Origin: Macrostomum lignano
Taxonomy: Eukaryota
Direction: 5' to 3'
DNA length: 58,426 nt
NCBI GenBank assembly: GCA_002269645.1
Contig: NIVC01003035.1
Span: 1 to 58,426 of the forward strand
The notes below the pieces were generated by a model. The model worked only from the letters and a program-made list of their open reading frames with translations, made no database searches and was not told the origin of the DNA. Shown piece by piece: positions 23,338-43,727 of the stretch (its first letter is position 1; each line of letters begins with the position of its first letter). The position numbers and the translations under genes are program-made.

Positions 23338-23943
23338 AAGCATTTTTAGCGAAAATACAATTGTTTTAAGCGAGTGTACTGTACGTTTTGTATTGCAGAT
23401 TTTAAAGGACATGCAGATTAAGAAACAATGTCATCTCACGCATTCTTTACGTACCATAGGTTACATGTGAAGATAATTCAGACTGACATCAAATAACAAA
23501 AGCTTTGAATTAGTTGTTTCAATTTCTTTTAGACTCACAATTAACTAAAAATTGGAAGTATTTTTTACTGAAGCAAAGAACTTAAACCCAAAAACCTTTT
23601 CTTAGGACTGAGAAACTTTTGCAATTATGATTTTACTAAGCTTTGCGTGAGAGGCGTTACTTTATTTGCTTAAAAACGTGTGCTGCTTTGCATGACATGC
23701 TTTGTTTTTATTACTTTGATAACTTGTACAGCTTTGCATGATATGCTTTGTATCCATTACGTCATAACTTGTACAGCCTTGCGTGATATTCTTTATTTTA
23801 CCAATATACATGGTTTCGGTTTATCGTCAAAAGTTCTGCTTACTAATAACCAAACGAATTTACAAGTTAATTTTTTCAAACTGAGTTTCCAGATCAGCAT
23901 TTTTAACAGGTTTCGATACGAGCAAATCATTTTTATTACTTAA

Positions 23944-26389
23944 CAATCAATGTATAATAGCTGAAATAAAATACACCCGCTAATGCGATATTCGAATTGA
24001 ATAGAGCTTCGTCACTTGAAACCGGATGGGATGTCTCGGCGATTCTAGTCGTCTGGGCCGACAAGTTATCGATTGCAGTCGGTTTGGTCCGGAGCTGAAC
24101 TTCGGGCTCCATTCCAGAGCCTTAAGTTGACACGAGATCCCCATTTTATCCCCTTTATCCCCTGGGACCCCAAGGAAGGGAGCCGGATGGGATGTCTCGG
24201 CGATTCTAGTCGTCTGGGCCGACAACTTATCGATTGCAGTCGGTTTGGTCCGGAGCTGAACTTCGGGCTCCATTCCAGAGCCTTAAGTTGACATGAGATC
24301 CCCATTTTATCCCCTTTATCCCCTGGGACCCCAAGGAAGGGAGTCGGATGGGATGTCTCGGCGATTCTAGTCGTCTGGGCCGACAAGTTATCGATTGCAG
24401 TCGGTTTGGTCCGGAGCTGAACTTCGGGCTCCATTCCAGAGCCTTAAGTTGACATGAGATCCCCATTTTATCCCCTTTATCCCCTGGGACCCCAAGGAAG
24501 GGAGCCGGATGGGATGTCTCGGCGATTCTAGTCGTCTGGGCCGACAAGTTATCGATTGCAGTCGGTTTGGTCCGGAGCTGAACTTCGGGCTCCATTCCAG
24601 AGCCTTAAGTTGACACGAGATCCCCATTTTATCCCCTTTATCCCCTGGGACCCCCAGGAAGGGAGCCGGATGGGATGTCTCGGCGATTCTAGTCGTCTGG
24701 GCCGACAAGTTATCGATTGCAGTCGGTTTGGTCCGGAGCTGAACTTCGGGCTCCATTCCAGAGCCTTAAGTTGACATGAGATCCCCATTTTATCCCCTTT
24801 ATCCCCTGGGACCCCAAGGAAGGGAGCCGGATGGGATGTCTCGGCGATTCTAGTCGTCTGGGCCGACAAGTTATCGATTGCAGTCGGTTTGGTCCGGAGC
24901 TGAACTTCGGGCTCCATTCCAGAGCCTTAAGTTGACACGAGATCCCCATTTTATCCCCTTTATCCCCTGGGACCCCCAGGAAGGGAGCCGGATGGGATGT
25001 CTCGGCGATTCTAGTCGTCTGGGCCGACAAGTTATCGATTGCAGTCGGTTTGGTCCGGAGCTGAACTTCGGGCTCCATTCCAGAGCCTTAAGTTGACATG
25101 AGATCCCCATTTTATCCCCTTTATCCCCTGGGACCCCAAGGAAGGGAGCCGGATGGGATGTCTCGGCGATTCTAGTCGTCTGGGCCGACAAGTTATCGAT
25201 TGCAGTCGGTTTGGTCCGGAGCTGAACTTCGGGCTCCATTCCAGAGCCTTAAGTTGACACGAGATCCCCATTTTATCCCCTTTATCCCCTGGGACCCCCA
25301 GGAAGGGAGCCGGATGGGATGTCTCGGCGATTCTAGTCGTCTGGGCCGACAAGTTATCGATTGCAGTCGGTTTGGTCCGGAGCTGAACTTCGGGCTCCAT
25401 TCCAGAGCCTTAAGTTGACATGAGATCCCCATTTTATCCCCTTTATCCCCTGGGACCCCAAGGAAGGGAGCCGGATGGGATGTCTCGGCGATTCTAGTCG
25501 TCTGGGCCGACAAGTTATCGATTGCAGTCGGTTTGGTCCGGAGCTGAACTTCGGGCTCCATTCCAGAGCCTTAAGTTGACACGAGATCCCCATTTTATCC
25601 CCTTTATCCCCTGGGACCCCAAGGAAGGGAGCCGGATGGGATGTCTCGGCGATTCTAGTCGTCTGGGCCGACAAGTTATCGATTGCAGTCGGTTTGGTCC
25701 GGAGCTGAACTTCGGGCTCCATTCCAGAGCCTTAAGTTGACATGAGATCCCCATTTTATCCCCTTTATCCCCTGGGACCCCAAGGAAGGGAGCCGGATGG
25801 GATGTCTCGGCGATTCTAGTCGTCTGGGCCGACAAGTTATCGATTGCAGTCGGTTTGGTCCGGAGCTGAACTTCGGGCTCCATTCCAGAGCCTTAAGTTG
25901 ACACGAGATCCCCATTTTATCCCCTTTATCCCCTGGGACCCCAAGGAAGGGAGCCGGATGGGATGTCTCGGCGATTCTAGTCGTCTGGGCCGACAAGTTA
26001 TCGATTGCAGTCGGTTTGGTCCGGAGCTGAACTTCGGGCTCCATTCTGGTGCTTAAGTTGACATGAGATCCCCATTTTATCCCCTTTATCCCCTGGGACC
26101 CCAAGGAAGGGAGCCGGATGGGATGTCTCGGCGATTCTAGTCGTCTGGGCCGACAAGTTATCGATTGCAGTCGGTTTGGTCCGGAGCTGAACTTCGGGCT
26201 CCATTCCAGAGCCTTAAGTTGACACGAGATCCCCATTTTATCCCCTTTATCCCCTGGGACCCCAAGGAAGGGAGCCGGATGGGATGTCTCGGCGATTCTA
26301 GTCGTCTGGGCCGACAAGTTATCGATTGCAGTCGGTTTGGTCCGGAGCTGAACTTCGGGCTCCATTCTGGTTCTTAAGTTGACATCCCC
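23944..26389 (-). repeat. Right TIR: ~78 bp unique inner TIR plus ~15 inverted copies of the 161-bp unit (24022-26389)
   Basis: Reverse complement of the left TIR. Repeat-derived ORFs recur every 161 nt from 24273 to 26365. Inner segment matches the left one with about 4 mismatches. Confidence 0.95.
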
Positions 26390-26977
26390 TTTCTAGGGGA
26401 TTCGTTAATAACAATTTTTTAACAAATACCACACGTTCAAATCAAAACATGTGGGTAATTTCTTGTAATAGTAAACAAAGTATTTGAATAAAATAAAAAA
26501 CTGTGATTCAAAAACAGAATATGATCATTCATCACAAGGCCGGAAAATCTCTTTATCAGTTAGACAGTGTAGAGATCAAACGATAAGTTATTTACATGCA
26601 TACTAGAAATAATGTATACAAATACTTAGATTTACATACAAGTACATGCGATTTCAAAAATAGCTCGTAGTTCAGTTTAGGGCTCCAGAATAAAATAACC
26701 AAAGAATAACAAAAACCTACAGCTAACATTTTTGAAATGATTAACTTGAATTTATATGATAGCATCTATCGATAAGGCTGACTTACAGAACGAACAGCCA
26801 GACAATAACTTTTCAGACATGAATGCTACGAAGAGGACCGAAACAATAGCAACTGTTCATAATTGAACAGGAGATTCAAAACTAGACAAAAAGTCGCATA
26901 GTCATCCTTTTTGTTGTAGTATCTTGTCGGCTTTATTTGCAAATCGTTCTCGAACTAATTGTGCTCAGTGGCGAATT

Positions 26978-28103
26978 CTACACAGCGGTGATGTTGAAGT
27001 ACTTGCTGGCTACGAGGCCGCTAGCGGTGCCGGTCGGTCCGAACAGCAGGCAGTCTCCGGATCCGGAAATGACCAGAGCGAAGAGGCAGTTTGGCTGCAG
27101 GTTCATGCACCAGATCAGACATTCCATGTTAGACCTGAGCTGCCGCTGAGCCAGCAGGACGCTGGTGCCGGCAGTCAGGCTGAGCTGAGCATTTCTGTTG
27201 TAGAGAATCGTGCCATTCGCCACTGCAGTGGAGTTTGAGTTTGGTAAGCATCTCTCACATCTTACTGGTAAGTGTAGCTGCAGCATCTGAATTAAGAAAA
27301 AAATTATCACTCACGAGCGAAAATGTCGATTTCGTATATGTGAATGTATTTAAGGTTATCGTCAGTAATTCCCGTGACATTCATGTACATGGTGAGGTAC
27401 CTGCCGGCAACAGGCTGCGTGCAGGTGATGTTGATTGGGTTTTCCTCTGCAGTTGGAACCTGTGTGTAGTAGTAGCAAATGTCGAATAGGTCCTTGTTGA
27501 ATGTAGTCCACACGGAGGGGTTATTGGTGACGCCTGCATGTAAGAAGTGTATCAACAGCGATGCAAAGTGTGAGCATACTGCTGAATAATGATGCTATAA
27601 GACGCATGATGATTCGGCCGTTTTGTTTGTTTGCGGGAAAAATCACTAACCGATAAGACAAAATAGACGTCAATCCATTTTACTTTACAAATTCGCTTTT
27701 GCTTAAAATTTTTTAGAAAATGTATACAATTACATGAATATACAGCAAATAAATGTTAGCTTCTAAAAGATTGTACTTTACTACGAGTATACGTAAATAT
27801 ACTTGAAAGTAGAAAAAAGTGCATACCAAATTTGATTTGCGTAAATCGACGCGCCCACTCGTCGCGCCGGTTGTAAATTCGGGCGCTAAAGATGACGTAA
27901 GACTGCTCCAGGTCCAGCATTAGCCAGGGTTGCGGATCCAAACTAATGGTGTGAACCAGTAGTGTTGCATTGATGACGCCATCGTTGATTGCAATCGGTT
28001 GTGCAGTTCCCGGGCCTATGGAGGAAGCTTTCACAGACTTGTTCTTGGGCACTTGAACCAGCTCGAACCCTGACGCATTGATTTCAGCAGGAAGAACATG
28101 CAC
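26978..28103 (-). CDS. F-type (fucose-binding) lectin domain protein with a Cys-rich PAN/apple-like C-terminus; 5' end unresolved
   Basis: Exons ~28103-27827, 27533-27315 and 27264-26978 join in frame with GT-AG introns. VHT...QPWLMLDL..Y.I..A.IYNRRDEWARR keeps the H...RxDx4R motif. C..PVAGRYL and IYEIDIF follow. Confidence 0.78.
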
Positions 28104-28450
28104 CGAAGCATAAATAAGATAAAATTATTTGCAACGTACATATAGTTCACGAGCTCAAGAGGCTCAGAAAACAAAAAAGGGTACTGAATCTCTACAAATT
28201 GATCTGCCATGATTTTAACATGATCCAACTATAATCTGACGTGAGATTAATGAGGCCTGACGATACATGCCTGACGATAGAAAGTCGGAGCCGCTGTACA
28301 CCATGTGTCAGCGTGTGCATGAGTGCGTGCCTGTCTAAAGTATTGACGCGCCTGTTTGTGCTCATCCGGAGTCATCGGAATGGTCAAAACTGCCTCAGCT
28401 CTGGTTATCGGACGAAGTCGCCGAAGGTGAATATCACTCGTATATAATTA

Positions 28451-29074
28451 CACTCAGCAACAGTCAAAACCGCCACCCTACCGAGAGAGGCGACTTCTCT
28501 CTCACCTCAACCGCAAGTGACGTAACTTGCGCCACGGCGTGGCTAAATCTGGGTGAGAGTGAATGCAGGAGAGGGCAATCAGGGGATGCACTTTACTTAG
28601 CAGATTAGATGTTGCCCCATCTGCTTCTTTCACCCCACATCAGACGGAGCAGGGTGGCTGGCGCGGTCGGAGTTCGCCTGACAATCCGCAGCAGACGTCG
28701 ATTTGCCCTAGCTGTTGAGCCGCGGAGATCATGGCGCTGGCTGCCTATGGCTGCGTGCTGAACACTACCAGTCTCTTGGGACTTCGTTAACAGCGCTCGA
28801 ATTGTTGAACGTGATCGGCCAAATTGGCGAGCAACTGCGCTGATGGATGCACCAGCTTCTAGCATGCCAACAGCGCGCCATCGTTCAGCGTCTGTCATAT
28901 GCCTGACCATTGTCACGTGTACTGTTGCACCCCCAACCCCAGTCCCTTTTGTACTCTCACCCTGGAATTCACTCTCACCCAGCTTTAGCCACGCCGTGGC
29001 GCAAGTTACGTCACTTGCAGTTGAGGTGAGAGAGAAGTCGCCTCTAGGGTGGCGGTTTTGGCTGTTGCTGAGTG
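28451..29074 (-). mobile_element. Internally deleted Tc1/mariner element (624 bp) with ~110-bp TIRs and TA TSD
   Basis: TA|CACTCAGCAACAG...CTGTTGCTGAGTG|TA. TIRs at about 28451-28565 and 28966-29074. Confidence 0.92.
28605..28910 (-). pseudogene. Truncated Tc1 transposase, paired-like HTH DNA-binding part only
   Basis: ERWRAVGMLEAGASISAVARQFGRSRSTIRALLTKSQETGSV...RGSTARANRRLLRIVRR; no DDE domain. Confidence 0.85.
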
Positions 29075-29769
29075 TACACTACTTTTATGCAATTGAAATG
29101 TATGAAATTTTTGTTAAGGCCTGTGTACCTGAAAGGATGTAGCATTATTCTCACCTCTAGCGGTAACGATAAAACAGCAAAGCAGAATCGCGATTTGAAA
29201 CAGTTCATTGGAGATTTTTAAAAGCATGTCGCTTGCAGAAATTGGGGCCCAGTATGCTTGAAGGTATCTCCGGGTTCTTAAACTCTGTTGGCTCACTTTT
29301 GTCAGCTTTCACGCAGCTGAATTTCTATATAGCTTAATTTGCTGCTGTTGTTCTGCTATTCTCACCTGGTTGTCAAGGCTACACATTGTAAATTTCATGC
29401 AAGAAGCAATTCAGCTACTCTTACTGGCTGCCCGCGGCCCCGGCGCCTCCTGCTGCCTAATGGGAGGCTGCTTGCACAGCTGGCTGTACGCAGTCAGTAA
29501 GAAGCTGAGGCCTGTCTGGTTTCACAGAAAAGAAGAGCCGAGAGACGAGCTGGAAATCCTACCGGTAAGCCTCGTGTTTTAATTGTCAATTATTCATGGA
29601 GTTTGGAAGCGGGCGTATTCACACAGACTATAGCGAAGTCGCGCGTAGAGAAGTGAAACAACAATTCATTCCATTTTCAAGCCTGAGTTAGAGCTGACAA
29701 ATGTCAATGCAGTATCTTGATTTTCATCATCGATTCTACTAAATATGGCAATTAAGTTATCAGATCTGT

Positions 29770-30130
29770 TATAGAGGTTGTGTGCACCCTGGTGCACTTT
29801 AAGCGACATTAGGCACACAACCGGCGAGAGGCATTACTGCCCATTCCGCCGACTCCCCTGAGCAGGCGCACAAGCGCGCGGATACGTACGCAGTCATACG
29901 CACAGGCACACACTCACACAGGAGTGTACAGCGGCCCTAACTTTATTTTATCGTTAGGCATGTACACTTCACTGTGCCTTGGGGGGGTTGGCTCTCAAGG
30001 CCGTTAATTGCACGAGCAGAGCCAAGGCGAGATTCCAATTCAGCCCCAAATTAATGTGACTGCACTTGGAATCGAGCCTGGGCCGCTGGCACACCAGAGC
30101 CTGCGCTAGACCGCTGGACTACGGCCCCCC
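29770..30130 (-). mobile_element. tRNA-derived SINE (3' end approximate)
   Basis: Minus strand has A box TAGTCCAGCGG (30121-30111) and B box GGCTCGATTCC (30078-30068). No tRNA acceptor stem closure, followed by an unrelated body. Confidence 0.6.
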
Positions 30131-33100
30131 GTTACCAGATTTTAACTTTTCGTATCATTTTAAAGCTGCTGAATTACTTAATTCTCTATTGACTATGCAT
30201 TTCAAAGAAAAACATGCAATTATGAGTACTTATTGAGCTTAGCAAACATGTGAATCAATCTTAGAATCGATTTTTAATGTCCATTATAGCTTGCCCCAGC
30301 TTGTGATATAGAAGAAGTTTAGTAGGCCGGTATAATTGGTTATACATAGCTGCAGTAGTGGCTCGCCAGCTGGCTTCATCAATAATTCCCAGGATTACCT
30401 GCCAAGGCTTTCCCGTCATTGCACTATAACAGTTTCCCATAATGCATTTTTTAAAGAAAGCTCCTGAAAATGTTGGGCCATAGCGACGCTGCTCAACGCC
30501 GCTCTAAAAACTGCAGTTGAAGAGGCAGAGAAGAGAAGTATGTACAGTACAAAGCACGGAAACTCGGCCGTATATAGAACTTCATCGCCTGCTAATTGGC
30601 AGTAGCTCAGTGCAAGTTAAGACAAAGATGGAACAGAAGCTGGAAGCCGGAGCCTTTAGAGAGAAAGAAATGATGAAGTTTATTATAAATTAATTAAGTG
30701 GCTGGAATACTTGCGTCAGGCGAAAAAGGTGCATGGCGAGTCAGAGTCTGTAGAGACTGTAGAGCTAATCTGTAATTACTTGCAAATATGCAGCAGGAGT
30801 GATGGCTGCGAGAGGCTGAGACTGACAACTATAAGACCGTAATCCGTAATACTGTGAGCAATACTTTGAAAGACAATTAAGGCCTTTTAAAAAACCTACA
30901 AAATGAGATGACACAGATTCAAATTCTCGAGGCAACCTCTTGTTTGCCCAAGGCCTATCTATGAAACTGCGTGGGAGCTTGCAGGGATACCTGGTATGTA
31001 TATATAGAGGCCGAAGGAGTGACTTGTGTAAATTAATGCCAATCGATTCCATACATTGCAATTATTAAGGAAATGTAACCATACAAACAGCAGCTGCTGC
31101 AAGTACCATTTTTGATAGACAAAAGGCAAACACAAAGACCATGGATGATCGATGAGCCATCCAACCTTGTAGAAAGATTTACAGTAGACTGCTCCGTATA
31201 TCGATTCTATAAAAGCAAATGGAGTCCCAAAAAATTACATTGTGTATCTTAGCAACAGTAGAGATCGTTGCAGTGGCGAGATTAAGGCGCCCTGCCCTGC
31301 TGTCAAGACTCATGGTTTTACATATATAGCATGAAATCCAATTTCTTTATACGTACATATGTATAATATAGAAAATATCCGTAGAGATACTTAGCCCAAA
31401 CAAATTAGATTACATAATAGTGTTACATATATGAATGGACATGTTGCGTGAAAACAAATTAGGACCACTGAGAACTTCTAGTGGTGCTTGCATATCTGGG
31501 CATATGGTACATGTATATATTTTTGTGTGTTCTAGCCCGATCATTTTTTACACTAATTCGATGAGCATCTGAGACAGCTAGTTGAGCTGTGATTGAAAGC
31601 CGCATGATATTTTCAGCCATTTTCCCTAATCCATGAGTTGATTCTTGAGTTGAGTTGAGTTGTTCTTGAGTTGTAGGTTCCCAAAAGGATGGTGAACTCA
31701 ACAATGGCGGAGTAGATTTGTAGCGGTAGCACTTGGCAAATCAGCGGCAAGATAAGTAAGGGTCGCAAGTCGCAACTTGTTTATTGTAATTGTCAATATA
31801 GGTTAATACAGAGGCTATAGCACGCGGGGCGCTGGCGGCTGCAACAATGGGTTTGAATTTAATAGATTAAGTAGGGTGATGAGCAGATTGATGAAGGTGA
31901 CGCAAATAGTAGAGCGATGGCGATGAGTAGACAGTGGTGGCAGCCTTCGGTGGCAATGCAAACTGGCAGGCAGGAAAGTAGCGTAGTAGGGCCTAGCGAA
32001 GGCGGCTAGCCCATGGTGGCGTGAGACAGAGAGAGACGAGAAAGCGTAAACAAGTCTGGCCCAGACGGAGCGGGGCCGTGGCGAGAGATAAAGAGAGAAG
32101 GAGAGCACGAAGGAGCGGGGAAAAGCAAAAACAGAAAGTATCGATCACGTGAAGACCCTACAGGCGTACGCAAGGATTACAAATGTACGCAATGATTAGC
32201 AATTGATACAGATTCGTTGGGCGCTACTACAAGTAAATGTGCGCATACAAGATTGGAGAATGTTAATTAATGAGAAATTGTAGTCCAACGGCCCTTTTGC
32301 GGGACCACTTTAAACTGACAACGTCACATATACCATGATATATGTGCATGGTATATACATAATTGGACGAGTTAGGTGTGCTGCAGTTACGTGTGCATTT
32401 ATGTACATTACATCGTAAATATGTACACGTACAGGTGTATTACAAAGAACCATGCACGGACCACTATAGGTAACCGTTGTACAACGGTGTGGTCCTTGCA
32501 AAGAACTCTTACATATATATGTAACTTATATAAATTTGCTCTTGCGTCCATAACTGTTAAAAATACATGCAAATGCACATTCGGTGAATTACGGTCATCC
32601 ATTTCTCAGAAAAGGATCAAAATAACGAAAAGTTAAATGCAAAATGCATAATGATCTGTATTATGTCATGTACACATACATGTAAAGAACTTCGTTTTAT
32701 AATATCTTTAAAGTATGACTTCACGCAAAGACATCACTACAGTTCAGATAGGCAATTTTGTTTCTAGCTAGCACATAAATAGACAGCATTTTTTGATACA
32801 ACTTGCCTTTTTATTGTTATGTACATTTATGGTATGAAATTTCTTACGGTTTGCAAATAAAATGTAAGTTCGGGTTTTAATAACGGTTTTAACAACATGT
32901 TTTACAACATATAAAAATAGATTTTAAAACTGTACTATTTAGCCTGTAGACAATAAAGATTTTGTTTTTTATTTTAATTATTATGAATATATTATTTTAA
33001 TTAAAATTAAAAAAGTAATATAAAAACGTCAAACTGGCACGTGTCGCGAAGCCAGCCGCCGCTCTTCCGACTGTGTTTGTTAGCGCGCCTGTCGCCCGAT

Positions 33101-33181
33101 AACAATTCTAACAGCTGTCCTGTCTGTTTGTAACCGGCTCAGTCTCACCGTCTGGAAAAAGCTTTATAACTATATCTAATA

Positions 33182-41686
<8,505 letters not shown>

Positions 41687-42499
41687 GTGAGTAAACTACA
41701 AATTTCTACGCTTCAAACAAAAACCTAACTATACGCTAGTTTTGCTACTGACCATAAAGTAAGTAGTGTAGTTTGGACATTTATTTAAGTAATATAAAAA
41801 TTATTTTTCGACCCAATTTTATTTGCTACTAAAGCATTTTTTGCGCAATTAGTTTTTTTTTGCAAATATATGCTACTGCAAAGTGAGTAGTATGCCGTGT
41901 TCAAACCTTTTGTTATTTTTCTATTTGTCTTTTTCACTTTTTTATGTTTGCAACAAGCTCGCGTACGTATGTTTCGCGTCTCTCTGCTCACATATTTTTG
42001 TCCGCAGGCAGCTAAATTAGACCTTGAGCATGCGCTATACTGATTTCAGTAGACACTCTGGTAACAGGGGTGTAATGTCTGATCAATACGGCTCACTCTT
42101 GGTTGTAATTGTACATAGCATTTTTATTCATTCTATGATAATTGTACTAATATCAATGCTATTTTTATTTCCTTTTTTATACTAACTGGCATTTTAATGC
42201 AATGGTGCAATTTCGTATTTAATAAATTCTCTCAATTTATGCTTTTTTAAGCTGCCCCCGTAATGTAACTGTGTTGTAAAACTCGACAGTGTCTCGACTT
42301 GAATTGATCAAATAATTTGTTTGTTTTTATTAACAAATTGAAATACATTGTTGGCATGCGGTTCGCCACCTTGACCTTGTGTTAGCCGCAATTCGAATCG
42401 AATGTACCGAATAATTTTTGTTTGAGTGTGTATTGATGCTTGAGTGTGTTTTGTTTATTTTTAGTAAAACCGAGCTAAAAAATCTGATCTGCGTGTTTT

Positions 42500-43335
42500 T
42501 TAGAATCTCAATCAACTGTTTTGTTTTCCTAGAAACAGTCCTTCTGGTTTCTTAGAATCTCAATAAACTGTCCTGTTTTCCTAGAAACAGTCCTTCTGGT
42601 TTCTTAGAATCTCAATCAACTTTCTTGTTTTCCTAGAAACAATCCTTCTGGTTTCTTAGAAACTCAATCAACTTTCTTGTTTTCCAAGAAACAATCCTTC
42701 TGGTTTCTTAGAAACTCAATCAACTTTCTTGTTTTCCTAGAAACAATCCTTCTGGTTTCTTAGAAACTCAATCAACTTTCTTGTTTTCCAAGAAACAATC
42801 CTTCTGGTTTCTTAGAAACTCAATCAACTTTCTTGTTTTCCTAGAAACAATCCTTCTGGTTTCTTAGAAACTCAATCAACTTTCTTGTTTTCCAAGAAAC
42901 AATCCTTCTGGTTTCTTAGAAACTCAATCAACTTTCTTGTTTTCCTAGAAACAATCCTGGTTTCTTAAAAACCCAATCCTCCATTTTCTAGAAACTCAAT
43001 CGCTCTTTCTTAGAAACCGAATCCGCTCTTTTCTAGAAACTCAATCGCCTTTTCGTAGAATCTGAATCTGCCCTTTCCTAGAAACTGAATCTGCCGTTTC
43101 CTAGAAACTATTACCACCCCTTTCTACTTGTAGAACTAACCCCACCTTTTCTAAAAGCTAATCCCACCATTTCTAGAAACTAATCCCACCCTTTTCCAAA
43201 AACTACTTCGCCCTTTTCCTAGAAACTAATCCTACCATTTTGCTAGACACTATTTCACCCTTTCCTAGAAACTAAATCTGCTTCTTTCCAAAAAACGAAT
43301 CCTACTCTTTCCTAGAAACCAATCCGGCCCTTTTC
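42500..43335. repeat. 52-bp tandem repeat grading into a ~22-bp TTCCTAGAAAC family
   Basis: ttcttagaaactcaatcaactttcttgttttcctagaaacaatccttctggt units; shares the TTCCTAGAAAC core with MCM7 intron 3. Confidence 0.9.
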
Positions 43336-43727
43336 TTAAATTATTTCTTATACTTTTCTTAAATTATATATAAGTAGTATCGGCAGCGCATGAAACGGTG
43401 CATAATAATAACAATTGCACCATTCTAACGCACTTATTATTCACCGTTAAAGTGCAATGATTCCAGCGTAGACCTTGGGGCTAGTTTGGGCGTGAGACAC
43501 GAAAAGAATGTGGCGCCACGCTGTACAGTGTTGCTATTTTTAGACTGGGCTTGACAAGATTTTTCTATGCAGTTTAGGCCGGTGACTAAGAGAGCTATTT
43601 TTATAATCTAATTGGGTACGTAGGGAATGCACTTAGACTTGTAATATAAGTAGCTTGATTTTTTTTAACTCTCGCATCTTTCGCTTCTTTTAATTTGAAA
43701 ATATTCTCTTAGTAAAGGCACGAAGAC

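Larger units (their letters stand above)
18688..26389 (+). mobile_element. 7.7-kb PHIS-like (PIF/Harbinger-ISL2EU-Spy) DNA transposon with giant tandem-array TIRs
   Basis: Ends GGGGATGTCAACTTAAG (18688) and CTTAAGTTGACATCCCC (26389) are exact inverted copies. Flanks are AAA on the left and TTT on the right. One central transposase ORF. Confidence 0.93.

Noticed and set aside
18688-26389. CRISPR-like array next to a nuclease gene
   Set aside because: Units are contiguous with no unique spacers; eukaryotic context; the nuclease is a DDE transposase, not Cas.
28255-28300. CTGACGA...GAAA hammerhead-like core
   Set aside because: No convincing stem II, III or I pairing.
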